Positions 63,621-64,000 of a DNA stretch of 64,000 nt are shown one piece after another; position 1 is the stretch's first letter; every line of letters begins with the position of its first letter. The notes under the pieces are model-generated. The model worked only from the letters and a program-made list of their open reading frames with translations. It did not search any database and had not been told where the DNA came from. The DNA comes from Pirellulales bacterium. Its GTDB lineage: Bacteria > Planctomycetota > Planctomycetia > Pirellulales > JADZDJ01. The stretch lies in contig CAVZDC010000001.1 of NCBI GenBank assembly GCA_963773925.1, positions 88,823 through 152,822 of the forward strand. The letters are read 5' to 3'. A program made the translations under genes and the position numbers.

Positions 63621-64000
63621 TTGAAACTCCGCAACCAGCGGGCGAATAATTGGTCACCGGTTAGGGTGTGGCATTGTACGGCGGGTTTTGAAGTGCGTCA
63701 GTGGCCGGCCGTCGGGAATTTGAACCGGCGGCTCGCATTGAACCGTGATGGCCCAGACTTCGTAGTTTATAAGACGGTGCGCGCCTCTGGATTCATCCAG
63801 GGTTGACCTTTGTCTTGGTATTGTAACAAGTTATCATCGCAAGACTTGAGACGGATCGGGCGGAAAGAGTGACAGGTTCACGGGAGACCTTGGCTCAATT
63901 CATGATGCAATCGGATTGCATCAAGCTTCGCGGTGGGATATACCAAAACATAGCGGCCCTGGCCTGAACGCCTTCCCGGCTCCCGCCGGTGCTCTCGGGC

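Noticed and set aside
63660-64000. A riboswitch or other structured RNA in the gene-free region upstream of pckA.
   Set aside because: I could not match any conserved riboswitch core (TPP, cobalamin, SAM, glycine, c-di-GMP, fluoride) or RNase P, tmRNA or SRP signatures by eye. Only generic hairpins are present, so a covariance-model scan is needed.

Overview
This is a 64-kb, GC-rich chromosomal segment. Gene content suggests a Planctomycetota (Pirellulales-like) genome, which is an inference: a DUF1559/H-X9-DG pseudopilin-like protein, a PEP-CTERM protein, lineage-specific secreted proteins, and mostly no Shine-Dalgarno sequences. Most genes are housekeeping: trmD, rplS, yraN, rph, argF-argD-argB, argH, prs, pgi, rpe, a UbiD-family decarboxylase, msrA, rsmD, a cyclophilin, an alkaline phosphatase, obg, coaX, mnmE, a lemA/TPM pair, ygiQ, pepF, fabH, lepA, a glycerate kinase, ackA-xfp and pckA. 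There is also a receiver-less sigma-54 activator and several secreted or membrane proteins of unknown function. I found no rRNA, tRNA, CRISPR array, transposase or integrase, and no recognisable defence, toxin or biosynthetic system. Two properties run through the whole window. (1) At least about 42 frame breaks interrupt 24 otherwise well-conserved genes, including essential ones. Most resolve as +/-1 nt changes in short mononucleotide runs, so I read them as assembly indels rather than biology. Disrupted genes are therefore given as single repaired spans, and all coordinates near breaks are approximate. (2) Many intergenic spacers are built from degenerate tandem repeats with a 7-8 nt period, drawn from a small recurring set of words (ATTCCCC, CCTGAAC, TTCTGCC, CCAGACA, CCCCTCG, GTGAG/CTCAC and others). 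These tracts usually run pyrimidine-rich on the sense strand right up to the start codon. Some are arranged as inverted arms, some are read through as ORF tails, and one sits in frame inside a gene. This repeat architecture is the most unusual thing I can support from the sequence. Secondary leads are: 21-nt-phased CCTGCGCCC boxes at the fabH start; a covarying REP-like hairpin pair flanking a sulfotransferase gene; a strong promoter plus palindrome upstream of a Cys/His-rich cluster that may be metal-related; an argH / HEAT-pseudo-receiver / sigma-54 activator operon; and a roughly 1-kb degraded non-coding stretch at 41.3-42.3 kb.
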